In this document: positions 16,397 to 25,780 of the stretch, piece after piece
How positions within the stretch are numbered: the stretch's first letter is position 1
How the letters are laid out: the number at the start of each line of letters is the position of its first letter
Sequence record: PV745554.1
Length of the DNA: 64,000 bases
Strand: one strand, 5' to 3'
Made by a program: the position numbers and the translations under genes
The notes under the pieces: model-generated
The model's input: only the letters and a program-made list of their open reading frames with translations
Told to the model about the DNA's origin: nothing
Database searches by the model: none

Positions 16397-17070
16397 CCCA
16401 TCTTCGCCTCGGCCAGTTCGACCGCGACTACGCCACCCAGAAGACCCAGTGGGTCCCGCGCGGCTTTTCCAAGCAGTCCGACCGCTACGTCTACCCCAAC
16501 ACCGGGTGGTCGTGGACCGACTGGGGCGGCGAGGTCAAGGACACCTACGACACCCTGGAGCAGGCCAAGTCCGCGATCACCTCCGGCTACCTGAAGGACA
16601 TGATCAAGGCCCAGGACATCGTCGACATCGTCTTCCTGGAGGTCAAGGTCGACCGTCAGATCGTCGAGAAGAAGTCGGTCAAGGCCTACACCGCCGCCGG
16701 CAAGCTCAAGGCCCTGACCGAGCCGGTCATGCACGTGGGACCCGGCAAGACGGCGCTCACCATGGGCGACTACGTCTTCCTCAACCTGGGCGGCCGGGCA
16801 GAGCCCGACATCTTCGGCCGCGTGATGGCGATCCACAAGGACATCGCCACCGTCTGGATATTGAACGGCGCCTGGACGCTGCTGATGCGCCTGGACGGCC
16901 TGGACCTCTTCATCGCGGCGGACGATCGCTCGGGCATGGGCGGCAAGCCCATCCATCTCCACTACGTCGGCCCGCTGCCCGATCCCACCATCGCCCCGCG
17001 CGACTACGAAGGCCAGCTTGAGGCCCTGCGCGGCATGCAGGCCAACGGCTGTCACTACAACAAGGTCTGA
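16393..17070 (+). CDS. Hypothetical protein (TTG start)
   Basis: TTGA overlap; AAGGAG RBS; 225 aa. Confidence 0.7.
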   Translation: MTHLRLGQFDRDYATQKTQWVPRGFSKQSDRYVYPNTGWSWTDWGGEVKDTYDTLEQAKSAITSGYLKDMIKAQDIVDIVFLEVKVDRQIVEKKSVKAYTAAGKLKALTEPVMHVGPGKTALTMGDYVFLNLGGRAEPDIFGRVMAIHKDIATVWILNGAWTLLMRLDGLDLFIAADDRSGMGGKPIHLHYVGPLPDPTIAPRDYEGQLEALRGMQANGCHYNKV

Positions 17071-17074
17071 CTCC

Positions 17075-17944
17075 ATGACCCAACAACCCCTCGACCCGCT
17101 CGACCGGGCCATCCTCGACCTTCTCCAGGAGGAGGCCGGCGAGGTCCTGCTGGAGTTCGCGCCGCTGATTGGCCGGCTCATCAAGGTCGCCTCCAAAGTC
17201 AAGCGCTTTGGCAACGCCAAGAACCCGTTCGTCGAGGACGCCAAGCCCAACTTCGAACTGCTCCAGGACGAGGTTGGCGACTTCGAGGCCCTGGTCGACA
17301 TCCTGATCGAACGCGGCGTCCTGACCCGCGAGGGCATCGACGCGCGCAAGGCCTGGAAGCGCGGCATGCTGCGCGAGCACAAGACCCTGCCGGACGCGGC
17401 CTTCTCGGCGGAGAACCTGCCCCCGGTCAGCGTGCCGTCCGCGCTCGACGACTTCCCGCCCGGCAACCCGGTCGTCAAGGCGGCCAAGGCCGCGCGCAAC
17501 GGCGGCTATGTCGCCCTCTTCGGCGGTCACGCCCCGTCGGCCGAGCCGCCCGACCAGGGACTGCCGCCGCTGGCTGCGCGGCGGGTCATCCCGGACGAGC
17601 CGGGCTTCCATTCGACCACCAACGGGATCACCGTCGAGCGCTTCGATGTGCGTCCGCCGAGCCCTGCGGTGACGGGCAAGGACCTCTACGAGGCCTATTA
17701 CACCAAAGCGCGTGTCGCCGACCATCTGCCCTCCTGGGATGATCTGCCGGCTGACAACCAGCGCCTGTGGGACGAAGCAGCCAAGAAGGGGCTGACCAAG
17801 CCGGAGCCGCGCGGCAAGGCCCTCTATACCCGCTACTGCGACTCCCAGGGCATCCACTCCAACCGCTTCCCCGGCTGGAGCGAACTGTCGGCCGAGAACC
17901 AGCGCCTGTGGGACGAAGCCGCGAAAGCCGGAGTGAACCTGTGA
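17075..17944 (+). CDS. MazG-like nucleotide pyrophosphohydrolase domain fused to two W-helical repeats
   Basis: LQEEAGEV...LQDEVGDFEALVDIL pattern; C-terminal duplication LPSWDDLPADNQRLWDEAAK / FPGWSELSAENQRLWDEAAK. Confidence 0.65.
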   Translation: MTQQPLDPLDRAILDLLQEEAGEVLLEFAPLIGRLIKVASKVKRFGNAKNPFVEDAKPNFELLQDEVGDFEALVDILIERGVLTREGIDARKAWKRGMLREHKTLPDAAFSAENLPPVSVPSALDDFPPGNPVVKAAKAARNGGYVALFGGHAPSAEPPDQGLPPLAARRVIPDEPGFHSTTNGITVERFDVRPPSPAVTGKDLYEAYYTKARVADHLPSWDDLPADNQRLWDEAAKKGLTKPEPRGKALYTRYCDSQGIHSNRFPGWSELSAENQRLWDEAAKAGVNL

Positions 17945-18177
17945 TCGAAGAAACCCTCGTCACCGCACCGATCGACCCCGTGGATCGCAAGGAGCGCTTC
18001 CGCAAGTACGCCAAAGCGCGCCACCTGCACGAGACCGACTTCGGCTGCTCGGCCTGGAGCCCTGAGGAGCAGGAGCAGTTCCGCGACGGCGTCAAGGCGC
18101 GCATCGCCAGGATCGAGGCGTCCGATCCGGACTTCCCGGCCCTGTTCGAGGAGACCCGGATGCGGAGGACGCCGTGA
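17941..18177 (+). CDS. Hypothetical protein (GTG start)
   Basis: GTGA overlap; 78 aa. Confidence 0.65.
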   Translation: MIEETLVTAPIDPVDRKERFRKYAKARHLHETDFGCSAWSPEEQEQFRDGVKARIARIEASDPDFPALFEETRMRRTP

Positions 18178-18392
18178 AGCGCGCCCAGTGCAAGGCCGGG
18201 CGGCTGCTGCTGGGCTGGACCCAGGCTGAGCTTGCCGACGCCGCCGGCTGCGCGGTCTCCACCGTCGCCGACTACGAGCGCGGCGCCCGGCGCACCGATG
18301 AGAGCATCATCCGCCGCTTCGTCGACGCCTTCTCCCGCCGGGGCGTGCGCTTTTCCCGCACCTCCGTCATCCACCCTGAGTTTAAGGCCTGA
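18174..18392 (+). CDS. XRE/Cro-family HTH regulator
   Basis: KAGRLLLGWTQAELADAAGCAVSTVADYERG. Confidence 0.9.
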   Translation: MKRAQCKAGRLLLGWTQAELADAAGCAVSTVADYERGARRTDESIIRRFVDAFSRRGVRFSRTSVIHPEFKA

Positions 18393-18394
18393 TC

Positions 18395-18766
18395 ATGTGT
18401 GACGTCTGCATCCGCAAAGAAGGCAAGATCGCCGACGCCCTGCGGCCGTTCCTGCGTCCGGGCATCTCCGTGACCTGGGAGGAGACCGAGGCCGGCGGCG
18501 AGCAGATCATCCTTCGGGGTGGCGATCGCAACCCGCACGACATCCTGGTCCTGCTCGCTGATGGCGACCATGAGCCGACCTTCTTCCACTGGGGCACCGA
18601 GCCGTCCGAGCCCAAGAAGGCCGAACTGAGTGATGCCGACCTCGTCGCCGAGATCGTCGAGAAGCTGCACCGGATGCCGATCAGTCAGATGCAGGGCATG
18701 GACGGCTACCACGTCGACCGGCTGCGCCGCATCGCCGCCAAGCTCAAGCAGGACGAGGATGACTGA
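18395..18766 (+). CDS. Hypothetical protein
   Basis: 123 aa. Confidence 0.68.
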   Translation: MCDVCIRKEGKIADALRPFLRPGISVTWEETEAGGEQIILRGGDRNPHDILVLLADGDHEPTFFHWGTEPSEPKKAELSDADLVAEIVEKLHRMPISQMQGMDGYHVDRLRRIAAKLKQDEDD

Positions 18767-18965
18767 TCCCTACGCCCACATCATGTTGCGCCCGCCGACC
18801 GGGACCTGCGACATGTGCAAGGCCGCGCCGGCGATCCGCTGGTTCGGTCAGACCTCGGTCGCCCACTGCGGCGCCCAGACCTGCATCGACGCCTGCAACG
18901 CCCAGGCGCGGGAGACCCTGGCGCGGATCGAGCGCGAACAGCAGCAGGACGAGGACCAGCCGTGA
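18759..18965 (+). CDS. Small Zn-finger-like protein
   Basis: CDMC...HCGAQTC; GAGG RBS. Confidence 0.62.
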   Translation: MTDPYAHIMLRPPTGTCDMCKAAPAIRWFGQTSVAHCGAQTCIDACNAQARETLARIEREQQQDEDQP

Positions 18966-19174
18966 TTGACCTGCGCGAGCGCTACGAATCCTGGGTGATC
19001 ACCAACACCCTCAAGTCGTGCGAGAAGAAGGGCATGTCCTGGGTCACCGAGGACAGCATCCGCAAGTCCATCCTCATGCGCGCCGCAGAGCGCCCGGAGG
19101 AGTACGAGATCAACGACATCCAGGCCGGCTACGTCGGCTTCCTGGCGGGCTATCGCTTGAGGGACGCCGAGTGA
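18962..19174 (+). CDS. Hypothetical protein (GTG start)
   Basis: GTGA overlap; GAGG RBS. Confidence 0.65.
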   Translation: MIDLRERYESWVITNTLKSCEKKGMSWVTEDSIRKSILMRAAERPEEYEINDIQAGYVGFLAGYRLRDAE

Positions 19175-19368
19175 ACCGCGACGGCATCCTGATCAAGACC
19201 TGGGAGGTCCACTGCCGGGCCTGCCAGCAGCCCAACCTCGGCATCCGGGGCGACAACACGGCCGCGCAGGTGCAACTCCGCAAGGAGGGCTGGCGCATCC
19301 GGGGCGAGCGCTGGGTCTGTGGGGATTGCGTCGACCACGTGCCAATCGGCCACCGGTGGCCAATTTGA
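19171..19368 (+). CDS. Small Zn-ribbon protein (GTG start)
   Basis: HCRAC...VCGDC. Confidence 0.65.
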   Translation: MNRDGILIKTWEVHCRACQQPNLGIRGDNTAAQVQLRKEGWRIRGERWVCGDCVDHVPIGHRWPI

Positions 19369-19417
19369 GGCCGAATGGCTTACCTATCGTCCATATAGGG
19401 CCGATATGCCTTACGTA

Positions 19418-19624
19418 TCAGGCGCCGGCCATGAACCGGCGGACCTGGAGGTAGCGGCCGAGCAGGTCGTGCAACACCTCGGCCTCCTTGAGCGTGATGA
19501 TCTGCTCGCCCAGCGACGTGGGGCCTTCCAGGGCGACCAGCACCTGCTCGTCGACCGCGTCCTCGACCGTGACCAGGATCGGGTTGCCGAGTTCGTTGAT
19601 GAAGGCCTTCTGGATCGTGCGCAT
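19418..19624 (-). CDS. Hypothetical protein
   Basis: MRTIQKAFINELGNP...; GGAG RBS overlapping the upstream stop. Confidence 0.65.
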   Translation of the reverse strand: MRTIQKAFINELGNPILVTVEDAVDEQVLVALEGPTSLGEQIITLKEAEVLHDLLGRYLQVRRFMAGA

Positions 19625-19626
19625 GG

Positions 19627-20367
19627 CTACTCCTTGAGATACCCGGCCTTGATCGCCTCGGCCCGCGTGTCGGCCTTGCTGAGAATCGTGTCGCCGCCCC
19701 GGCGGATGAACTTGACGCCCTCGTAAAGCTGGACCTCCAGCTTGCCGTCCATCTGGATGCGCCCCAGGCGCACCGGGCCGCCGGCGTAGGGCTCGGGCGG
19801 ATCGCCCACGCCGATCTCGATCATGCCCTTGTCGCTGGTCTGCACCAGGAGCGTGGCGTGCCCGCCGATCCACACCGGGTTCCAGATTTCGAGCCACATC
19901 GAGGCCCCGTCAGCGCCCGCGTCGCTCAGCCGGCGCGCCAGGGTCAGCGCGTAGTCCTCGCAGTCGCCGCAGAAGCCGTTTTCGGCGTAGAAATCGCTCC
20001 TCTGGTAGAGGATGTCGTCCGAAACGTAGGTGTAGTGGCTCCGAAGGGCCGAATCCTGCTCCGAAACCTCCGAAAACGTCAATTTTCGGCCGGTTTTTGC
20101 CTTGCAGAGCGGATTTTCGGTGAATTTTTGACAGAATTCAGTGATTCCGTCGATCGAGACCTCGACTTTGCCCCCGTAGTCGCGTTTTTCCTCGCCGGAC
20201 GCGGCGATCAGCTTGACTTGAGGGCAATGACCGGCGTCGCGGGCCGGCGCGGTGACGATCGGGACATCCTGGCCGCCGGCGACGACCTGATGGGCGCTCC
20301 AGGCGAACCAGCCGAGCGGCAGGAGCAGGCCGAGCGAGAAAAAGACGATCGCGATCCAGCGCCACAT
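19627..20367 (-). CDS. Membrane-anchored transglutaminase-like cysteine peptidase (BTLCP / peptidase C93-like)
   Basis: N-terminal TM helix; GDCEDYALTLARRL catalytic Cys motif; GGHATLLVQT His motif. Confidence 0.82.
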   Translation of the reverse strand: MWRWIAIVFFSLGLLLPLGWFAWSAHQVVAGGQDVPIVTAPARDAGHCPQVKLIAASGEEKRDYGGKVEVSIDGITEFCQKFTENPLCKAKTGRKLTFSEVSEQDSALRSHYTYVSDDILYQRSDFYAENGFCGDCEDYALTLARRLSDAGADGASMWLEIWNPVWIGGHATLLVQTSDKGMIEIGVGDPPEPYAGGPVRLGRIQMDGKLEVQLYEGVKFIRRGGDTILSKADTRAEAIKAGYLKE

Positions 20368-20677
20368 GACGACACCCCCGAAATGTCATTAACCATGACA
20401 CAGGATGTCGTGACGCGCAACATTCGCGCATAAGAAGAGCCCCGCCAGTAAGCCTAGCGGGGCTTGTTGCTGCTACAGGAGTTCAGGGAAGAAGAGCGGC
20501 CTCCTGGGTGTTCGGCCGCCCCACTTCTCGTCAAGGCTACTTCATACCGGTCTCCTTCCATGGTCTGTCGTTTTCAAGGGCCTACCCTGGCCCTGCTTGA
20601 GAGATTTCACGCTAGAGCTAGGCGAAACGGCCGTCAAGGGCAAAGTGTGTTGCCAGACCACTTTTCTACCCGCCAAA

Positions 20678-20694
20678 TGTCGTGAATCTTGACA
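20678..20694 (+). promoter_or_regulatory. Late-type promoter motif TGTCGTGAATCTTGACA
   Basis: GANTC directly abutting a TTGACA -35; one of ~10 copies. Confidence 0.75.
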
Positions 20695-20802
20695 ACCGCA
20701 CGTTAACCATGCCATTTTCCGGCTCACCTGCCTCATCCGGCGGGCTTCCCACGTCAAACTTCGGGGAGGATTCGTCCTCCCCGCCTCTTTCTCGGGCGCC
20801 GA

Positions 20803-22710
20803 ATGGCCGGTCAGACTCCGAACTCCACGAACATCTCGCGGGTCGCCCGCGCGACCTCGCAGGCGATCTATCTGGTCACCCATCCCGAGTACCAATACTG
20901 GCGCCCGGAGTGGACGAAGCTGCGCGACGTGATGGCGGGGCAGCGCGAGATCAAGCGCAAGGCCGAAGCCTACCTGCCGGCCATGAAGGGCGCGGACGGC
21001 GACGACTACGCCATCTACCTCCAGCGCGCGACCTTCTTCAACATGCTGGCCCAGACCCGCGACGGCATGACCGGGATGGTTTTCCGCCGCGATCCGATCG
21101 TCAAGAACCTGCCGCCCAAGTTCAAGGACGCCGTGCGGCGCTTTGCCAAGGACGGCTCCTCGCACGCGACGTTCGCCAAGGCCGTGCTGTCCGAGCAGGC
21201 CGGCGTCGGCCGCTTCGGTGTCCTGGTCGACGTGGTCGACAATCCGCGCAAGGGCGCGGTCGCAACCAGCTTCGCCGTTGGCTACTCGGCCGAGAACATC
21301 CTCGACTGGGACGAAGTCGTCGACATGGGCGGCTTCTACGTCCCCAGCCGCGTCCTGCTGCGCGAATTCGTCCGCGACCTGCGCTGGAAGTCCGACATCG
21401 AGCCCCTGACCACCGCCCAGGCCCGCAAGGCGCGCGCGGCGGCCCTGGCCTCGGGTAGCGCCAGCAGCCCGATGGTCCGTCAGACCGCCCGCACCCTGGG
21501 CGGCTACAGCTACATCACCGTCTACCGGGAACTGAAGCTCGAAGAGATCGAGTGGCCGTCCGGCGAGGTCAAGCTCGCCTACGTCCAGTACCTCTACGAA
21601 GAGGACCCCGAGAGCCGGCCGATCGCCCGCATCGTCCCGACCGTCCGGGGCGAGCCGCTCGACTTCATCCCCTTCAAGTTCTTCGGCGCCTCGGGCAACA
21701 CCGCCGACGTCGAAAAGCCGCCGCTTCTCGACATCTGCGATCTGAACCTGTCGCACTACCGCACCTACGCCGAACTCGAATACGGCCGCCTGTTCACCGC
21801 CCTGCCGGTCTACTACGCGCCGGGCACCGACAGCGAGGGCACGGGCGAATACCACATCGGCCCGAACATGGTCTGGGAAGTGCCCCAGGGCTCCGAGCCG
21901 GGCATCCTCGAATACACGGGCCAGGGCCTGAAGGCGCTCGAAACCGCCCTCAACGACAAGGAGCGGCAGATCGCCGCGATCGGCGGCCGGATGATGCCGG
22001 GCGCCTCCAAGTCGGTCTCCGAGAGCAACAACCAGACCGTCCTTCGCGAGGCCAACGAGCAGTCGCTGCTCCTCAACATCATCCAGGCCTGCGAGTCCGG
22101 CATGACCGACGTCGTGCGCTGGTGGCTGATGTGGCGCGACGTGCCGCTGGCCGACACCGAGAACCTGCGCTACGAGGTCAACACCGACTTCCTGTCGACG
22201 CCGATCGGCGCGCGCGAGATGCGCGCCATCCAGCTTATGGCCAACGACGGCCTGCTGCCCGACCCGGTCTTCTACGAGTACATGCGCAAGGCCGAGGTCA
22301 TCTCGTCCGACATGACCTTCGAGGAATTCCAGGCCCTGCGCGCCGACGAGAACTCGTTCATCAACAACCCCGACGCCCAGGCCCGCCAGCGCGGTTACAC
22401 CAACCGTGGCCAGGAACTGGAGCAGTCGCGCATGGCGCGCGAAGCCGACTTCACCCAGCAGAAGATCGACATCCAGGAGCGCAGTGTCGCGGTCCAGGAA
22501 GGTCACGCCGAGGTGGCGCACGCCGCTGGCTCGACCTCGATCTCTGGCTCGCGCAAGCTGGGCGACCCCGAGCAGGCCAAGCCCGCCGTGGCCGATCAGG
22601 CAACCATCGACAACGCCAAGAAGCAGACGGCGAACGCGGCGAAGGTCGCCGCCCAGCCGCCGGCTCCGGCCGCGCCGGGCGCTCCGCCCACCAATCGTCG
22701 CCCGACCTGA
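20803..22710 (+). CDS. Portal protein
   Basis: 635 aa; HPEY...WTKLRDVMAGQREIK...YLP...YLQRATFFN N-terminus (DUF4055-type portal); head-module position. Confidence 0.85.
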   Translation: MAGQTPNSTNISRVARATSQAIYLVTHPEYQYWRPEWTKLRDVMAGQREIKRKAEAYLPAMKGADGDDYAIYLQRATFFNMLAQTRDGMTGMVFRRDPIVKNLPPKFKDAVRRFAKDGSSHATFAKAVLSEQAGVGRFGVLVDVVDNPRKGAVATSFAVGYSAENILDWDEVVDMGGFYVPSRVLLREFVRDLRWKSDIEPLTTAQARKARAAALASGSASSPMVRQTARTLGGYSYITVYRELKLEEIEWPSGEVKLAYVQYLYEEDPESRPIARIVPTVRGEPLDFIPFKFFGASGNTADVEKPPLLDICDLNLSHYRTYAELEYGRLFTALPVYYAPGTDSEGTGEYHIGPNMVWEVPQGSEPGILEYTGQGLKALETALNDKERQIAAIGGRMMPGASKSVSESNNQTVLREANEQSLLLNIIQACESGMTDVVRWWLMWRDVPLADTENLRYEVNTDFLSTPIGAREMRAIQLMANDGLLPDPVFYEYMRKAEVISSDMTFEEFQALRADENSFINNPDAQARQRGYTNRGQELEQSRMAREADFTQQKIDIQERSVAVQEGHAEVAHAAGSTSISGSRKLGDPEQAKPAVADQATIDNAKKQTANAAKVAAQPPAPAAPGAPPTNRRPT

Positions 22711-22736
22711 TGACCATCCAGCAAGCCTGAGTTCAG

Positions 22737-22919
22737 ATGCCGCGTTCCTACGATTCCTTCGAAGACCTGATCCATGACCTCGACCACGAGGGGATCGTCG
22801 ACGCTGACGGCATCGCCGAACTGGACGACGAGGACCTGTCCTTGCTCGCCCCGCCGGTGATCCGCAAGGCCCCCGCCGCCCCGGCCAAGAAGCGCGGGCG
22901 CCCGAAGAAAGCGGCCTGA
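22737..22919 (+). CDS. Small acidic protein with an AT-hook-like tail
   Basis: KKRGRPKK C-terminus. Confidence 0.65.
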   Translation: MPRSYDSFEDLIHDLDHEGIVDADGIAELDDEDLSLLAPPVIRKAPAAPAKKRGRPKKAA

Positions 22920-23344
22920 TGCGCCACGCCACCGCCTGCTGGAACGTCCTGACCGTCCGCCTGGACGGCATCGCCCACTGGGTCGACGAGGTCGACGTCT
23001 CCATCATCGACCTGGAGACGGGCGAGCACCCGCGCGGCGACGACGGCGTGTTCCTGCCGATCCTGTCGGCCACCGAGACGACCATCAACCTCTACGGCGG
23101 TCAGACCATCGACGGCCGCTACGAGATCACCTCCAGCCTGCCCGAGGCTTCCATGACCGACCCCGTCCTGATCGGCGACCCCGCCGCCGAGCGCACCATC
23201 GAAGTCCTGGCCCTGCACCCCGACGAGGCCGCCGAGTTCGTGCCCTCGCCCGAGCAGGCCGCCAAGATCGCGGCCGGCGACATGATCATCGGCATCATCC
23301 GCTACGCCATGCCCGAGGACCTGGAGCAAATCCTCACGTCGTGA
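22919..23344 (+). CDS. Hypothetical protein
   Basis: TGATG coupling; 141 aa. Confidence 0.7.
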   Translation: MRHATACWNVLTVRLDGIAHWVDEVDVSIIDLETGEHPRGDDGVFLPILSATETTINLYGGQTIDGRYEITSSLPEASMTDPVLIGDPAAERTIEVLALHPDEAAEFVPSPEQAAKIAAGDMIIGIIRYAMPEDLEQILTS

Positions 23345-23353
23345 ATCTTGACA
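23337..23353 (+). promoter_or_regulatory. Late-type promoter motif
   Basis: CGTCGTGAATCTTGACA. Confidence 0.72.
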
Positions 23354-23404
23354 CCCAGAGTCAGGTGTGATGACATCGCCCTCGTTAACCACGAGGGCTT
23401 TTTC

Positions 23405-23665
23405 ATGACCACCGCCGTCTCCATCACCGCTGCCGGTCACAACCTCATCGTCTACCTGAACGATGCCTACGAGCCCTCGAACGGCGGCGAACTGGTCGAG
23501 ACCGAGACCATCGAGTTCGTGACCAAGAGCACCCAGCGCACCTTCCACGTCCACCAGACGCGCGACCTCTACGTCACCGAGGTCCGCGATGGCGAGACCG
23601 ATCTCAACGGCCTGATCGACGCCGGCGACTTCGACGCCGCGCGCGCGTACATCCAGGCCGGCTAA
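23405..23665 (+). CDS. Hypothetical protein
   Basis: GAGG RBS; 86 aa. Confidence 0.68.
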   Translation: MTTAVSITAAGHNLIVYLNDAYEPSNGGELVETETIEFVTKSTQRTFHVHQTRDLYVTEVRDGETDLNGLIDAGDFDAARAYIQAG

Positions 23666-23851
23666 AGTTCTACGGCGCCCTAATTGCCAGCCGGCGCATA
23701 CGGACACGGGCTGGATAAATCGGCAGCGATGCGAAGCGCTTGGGGCGAGGGGCCACGGGCGTGAGTCACAGGAGGGGGCGCCGCTGGGTCACCGGCCCGG
23801 TCCTTTCACCTCCCAATCGCCGCAAGTCCGCACCCTTCCAAGAGGCCCTCG

Positions 23852-24490
23852 ATGAGCGACGATTTCGACAAGCAGTTCGACGACAAGGTCCGCGCGCGTG
23901 ACGCCGCCGCCGTCGACGAGCAGCTTCGCCTTGCCCTGCCCGAGCCGGGCGTCTCCAGTAAGACGGTGGCGGAGTTGATTCAGCGCATCGCCCTGGGGCA
24001 GAGCGGGGAAGTCATCTTCGAGGTGAACGATCCGCCCTACGAGGCCGAGGTCGAACAGGCCGTGGAGATCGAGACCGCCCAGCGCCGCGACGGCAAGCCG
24101 GACGCGGTCTTCACCGAGCAGGACTACCTCGACCAGTCGGTCGACAAGTGCGCGGCCAAGTTCCTCGACACGCCGCTGGGCGGCCTGCCGTTCAAGCCGA
24201 CGCCGGACGGCAAGGGCTACGTCTACGCGCGCGAGTTGGCCGGGCAAGCGGCGCCCAAGATCACGATCTCGGTCTACCTCAACAACGGCACGGTCCGCGA
24301 GTACGACGTCGCCGACGCGGCGACCGCGCGCGAGCATGCCTTCGAGATCATCCAGACCGGCTACCGCAGCGTCGACCAGGATGCGCCCAACGTGCTCGTC
24401 CACTGGCCGCCGCACGAGATCAAGAAGGTCAAGCTGACCGCCAGCGAGCCGCTCAAAACCACCTACTTCGACCGCGTCCGGGGGACCTGA
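23852..24490 (+). CDS. Hypothetical protein
   Basis: GAGG RBS; 212 aa. Confidence 0.75.
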   Translation: MSDDFDKQFDDKVRARDAAAVDEQLRLALPEPGVSSKTVAELIQRIALGQSGEVIFEVNDPPYEAEVEQAVEIETAQRRDGKPDAVFTEQDYLDQSVDKCAAKFLDTPLGGLPFKPTPDGKGYVYARELAGQAAPKITISVYLNNGTVREYDVADAATAREHAFEIIQTGYRSVDQDAPNVLVHWPPHEIKKVKLTASEPLKTTYFDRVRGT

Positions 24491-24493
24491 CCC

Positions 24494-24886
24494 ATGCCCA
24501 CCATCCAATTTGATTCGATCGGCCTCGTGCCGGAAGGCCTTCGTGCATATGCCAAGGTCGCCGGCGACTACGAAGGTGAAGCCGTCTCGGTCGACGTCGT
24601 GCCGGCCGTCAGGATCGACGAATTCCGCGAAGCCAACATCCGCCTGGGCAAGGAGCGCGACGAGCTTGCCGAGCGCCTCGTCCAGGCTGACCGCCACGCC
24701 CAGGCCCTGGCCCAGGAACTCGTCGAGGCCGACGAGCGCATCCAGGTCCTTACCGACGATCTGGCTGCGAGCACCCGGCAGACGACGGTCCTGGCGGAAT
24801 ACATCGACGCCAACATCGATCTCGAAGCCGTGCGCAGCCATGTCAACGAGGTGATCATGATCGTCGACACCTGCGTCGAGGCCTGA
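24494..24886 (+). CDS. Truncated paralog of the scaffold protein N-terminus plus coiled coil
   Basis: MPTIQFDSIGLVPEGLRAYAK...VSVDVVPAVRIDEFREANIRLGKERDELAERL vs scaffold MPVLTYDTLDMVPEGLREVAK...FSVNVVPAKTIDEFRDNNIKISKERDSLLERL. Confidence 0.8.
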   Translation: MPTIQFDSIGLVPEGLRAYAKVAGDYEGEAVSVDVVPAVRIDEFREANIRLGKERDELAERLVQADRHAQALAQELVEADERIQVLTDDLAASTRQTTVLAEYIDANIDLEAVRSHVNEVIMIVDTCVEA

Positions 24887-24888
24887 TC

Positions 24889-25254
24889 ATGTGCGTCGTC
24901 TCCGCCGTTATGGATCACGGCCGCCAGCAGTGGCCTGATCTGATGGAGCCCAAGTTCTGGCCGCTCCCCACCCCGGTCGTCCCGGCGCATCCGGGCATGA
25001 AGCTCTGGCCGCCGCAGGAGCCCAAGCTCCCGACCAAGGCGGAGATCGAAGCGTTCCTGGCGCTCTACAAGGCCGCCCAGGAATACGACGCCAAGACCGG
25101 CCAGCCGCACTGCGAGGACCCCGAGAAGATCAAGCTCCTCGACGCCATCAACCGGCTCGCCGATCGCCTGGAGGCGATTGAAAAGCGCCTCGGCGCCCAG
25201 GACGCGGCAGAGGCCGAGGACGCGGCGGCGATCGCCGCCTCCGTCAAGACGTGA
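24889..25254 (+). CDS. Hypothetical protein
   Basis: 121 aa. Confidence 0.7.
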   Translation: MCVVSAVMDHGRQQWPDLMEPKFWPLPTPVVPAHPGMKLWPPQEPKLPTKAEIEAFLALYKAAQEYDAKTGQPHCEDPEKIKLLDAINRLADRLEAIEKRLGAQDAAEAEDAAAIAASVKT

Positions 25255-25499
25255 GCGTCTTCGACCTGCCGGCCGACGGCTTTGACCGCCGCAAGCCGCT
25301 CTTCCGCGTCTTCGACATCGACGGCGAGACCCAGTGGTGGACGGTGATCGCCGCGCTCAACGCGCCCGGCCGCCGCTGCACCCCCGAGGAGGAAGCGCGG
25401 ATCGTCGAGCGCCTCCAGGCCAAGTCCTGGGCCGACAAGTTCTGGACCTGCTACCACCTGAGCGGCAAGGCCACCATCTACGAAAGCACCCCGGAATGA
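25251..25499 (+). CDS. Hypothetical protein
   Basis: GTGA overlap; 82 aa. Confidence 0.68.
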   Translation: MSVFDLPADGFDRRKPLFRVFDIDGETQWWTVIAALNAPGRRCTPEEEARIVERLQAKSWADKFWTCYHLSGKATIYESTPE

Positions 25500-25780
25500 A
25501 GCTGACCATCAGCGGCCAGGACATGAGTGGCGAGGCCACCGTCTATTTGATGCTGGTCCCGCGCGCGGGCGTGCGCATGCAGAATGACGTGCCCGTCGCC
25601 CTCACCTTCGAGGCTCTGCCGGGCGCGGCCGGCGATGTGCGCCTGGACGCCATGACCGAGGTCTCCCTGTCGGACGCGCCGCCGCCGGGCACGCTCGTCT
25701 TCCTGCCGGGGGAGGCCGAGAAGGTCTTCTTCATCAACACCGCCGGCCCGTGGAAGCTCACGTTCCGGGAGACGCCGTGA
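25496..25780 (+). CDS. Hypothetical protein
   Basis: ATGA overlap; 94 aa. Confidence 0.66.
   Translation: MKLTISGQDMSGEATVYLMLVPRAGVRMQNDVPVALTFEALPGAAGDVRLDAMTEVSLSDAPPPGTLVFLPGEAEKVFFINTAGPWKLTFRETP

Noticed and set aside
18174-18392. Lysogeny module
   Set aside because: A single XRE gene with no integrase, att site or divergent repressor pair in the window.
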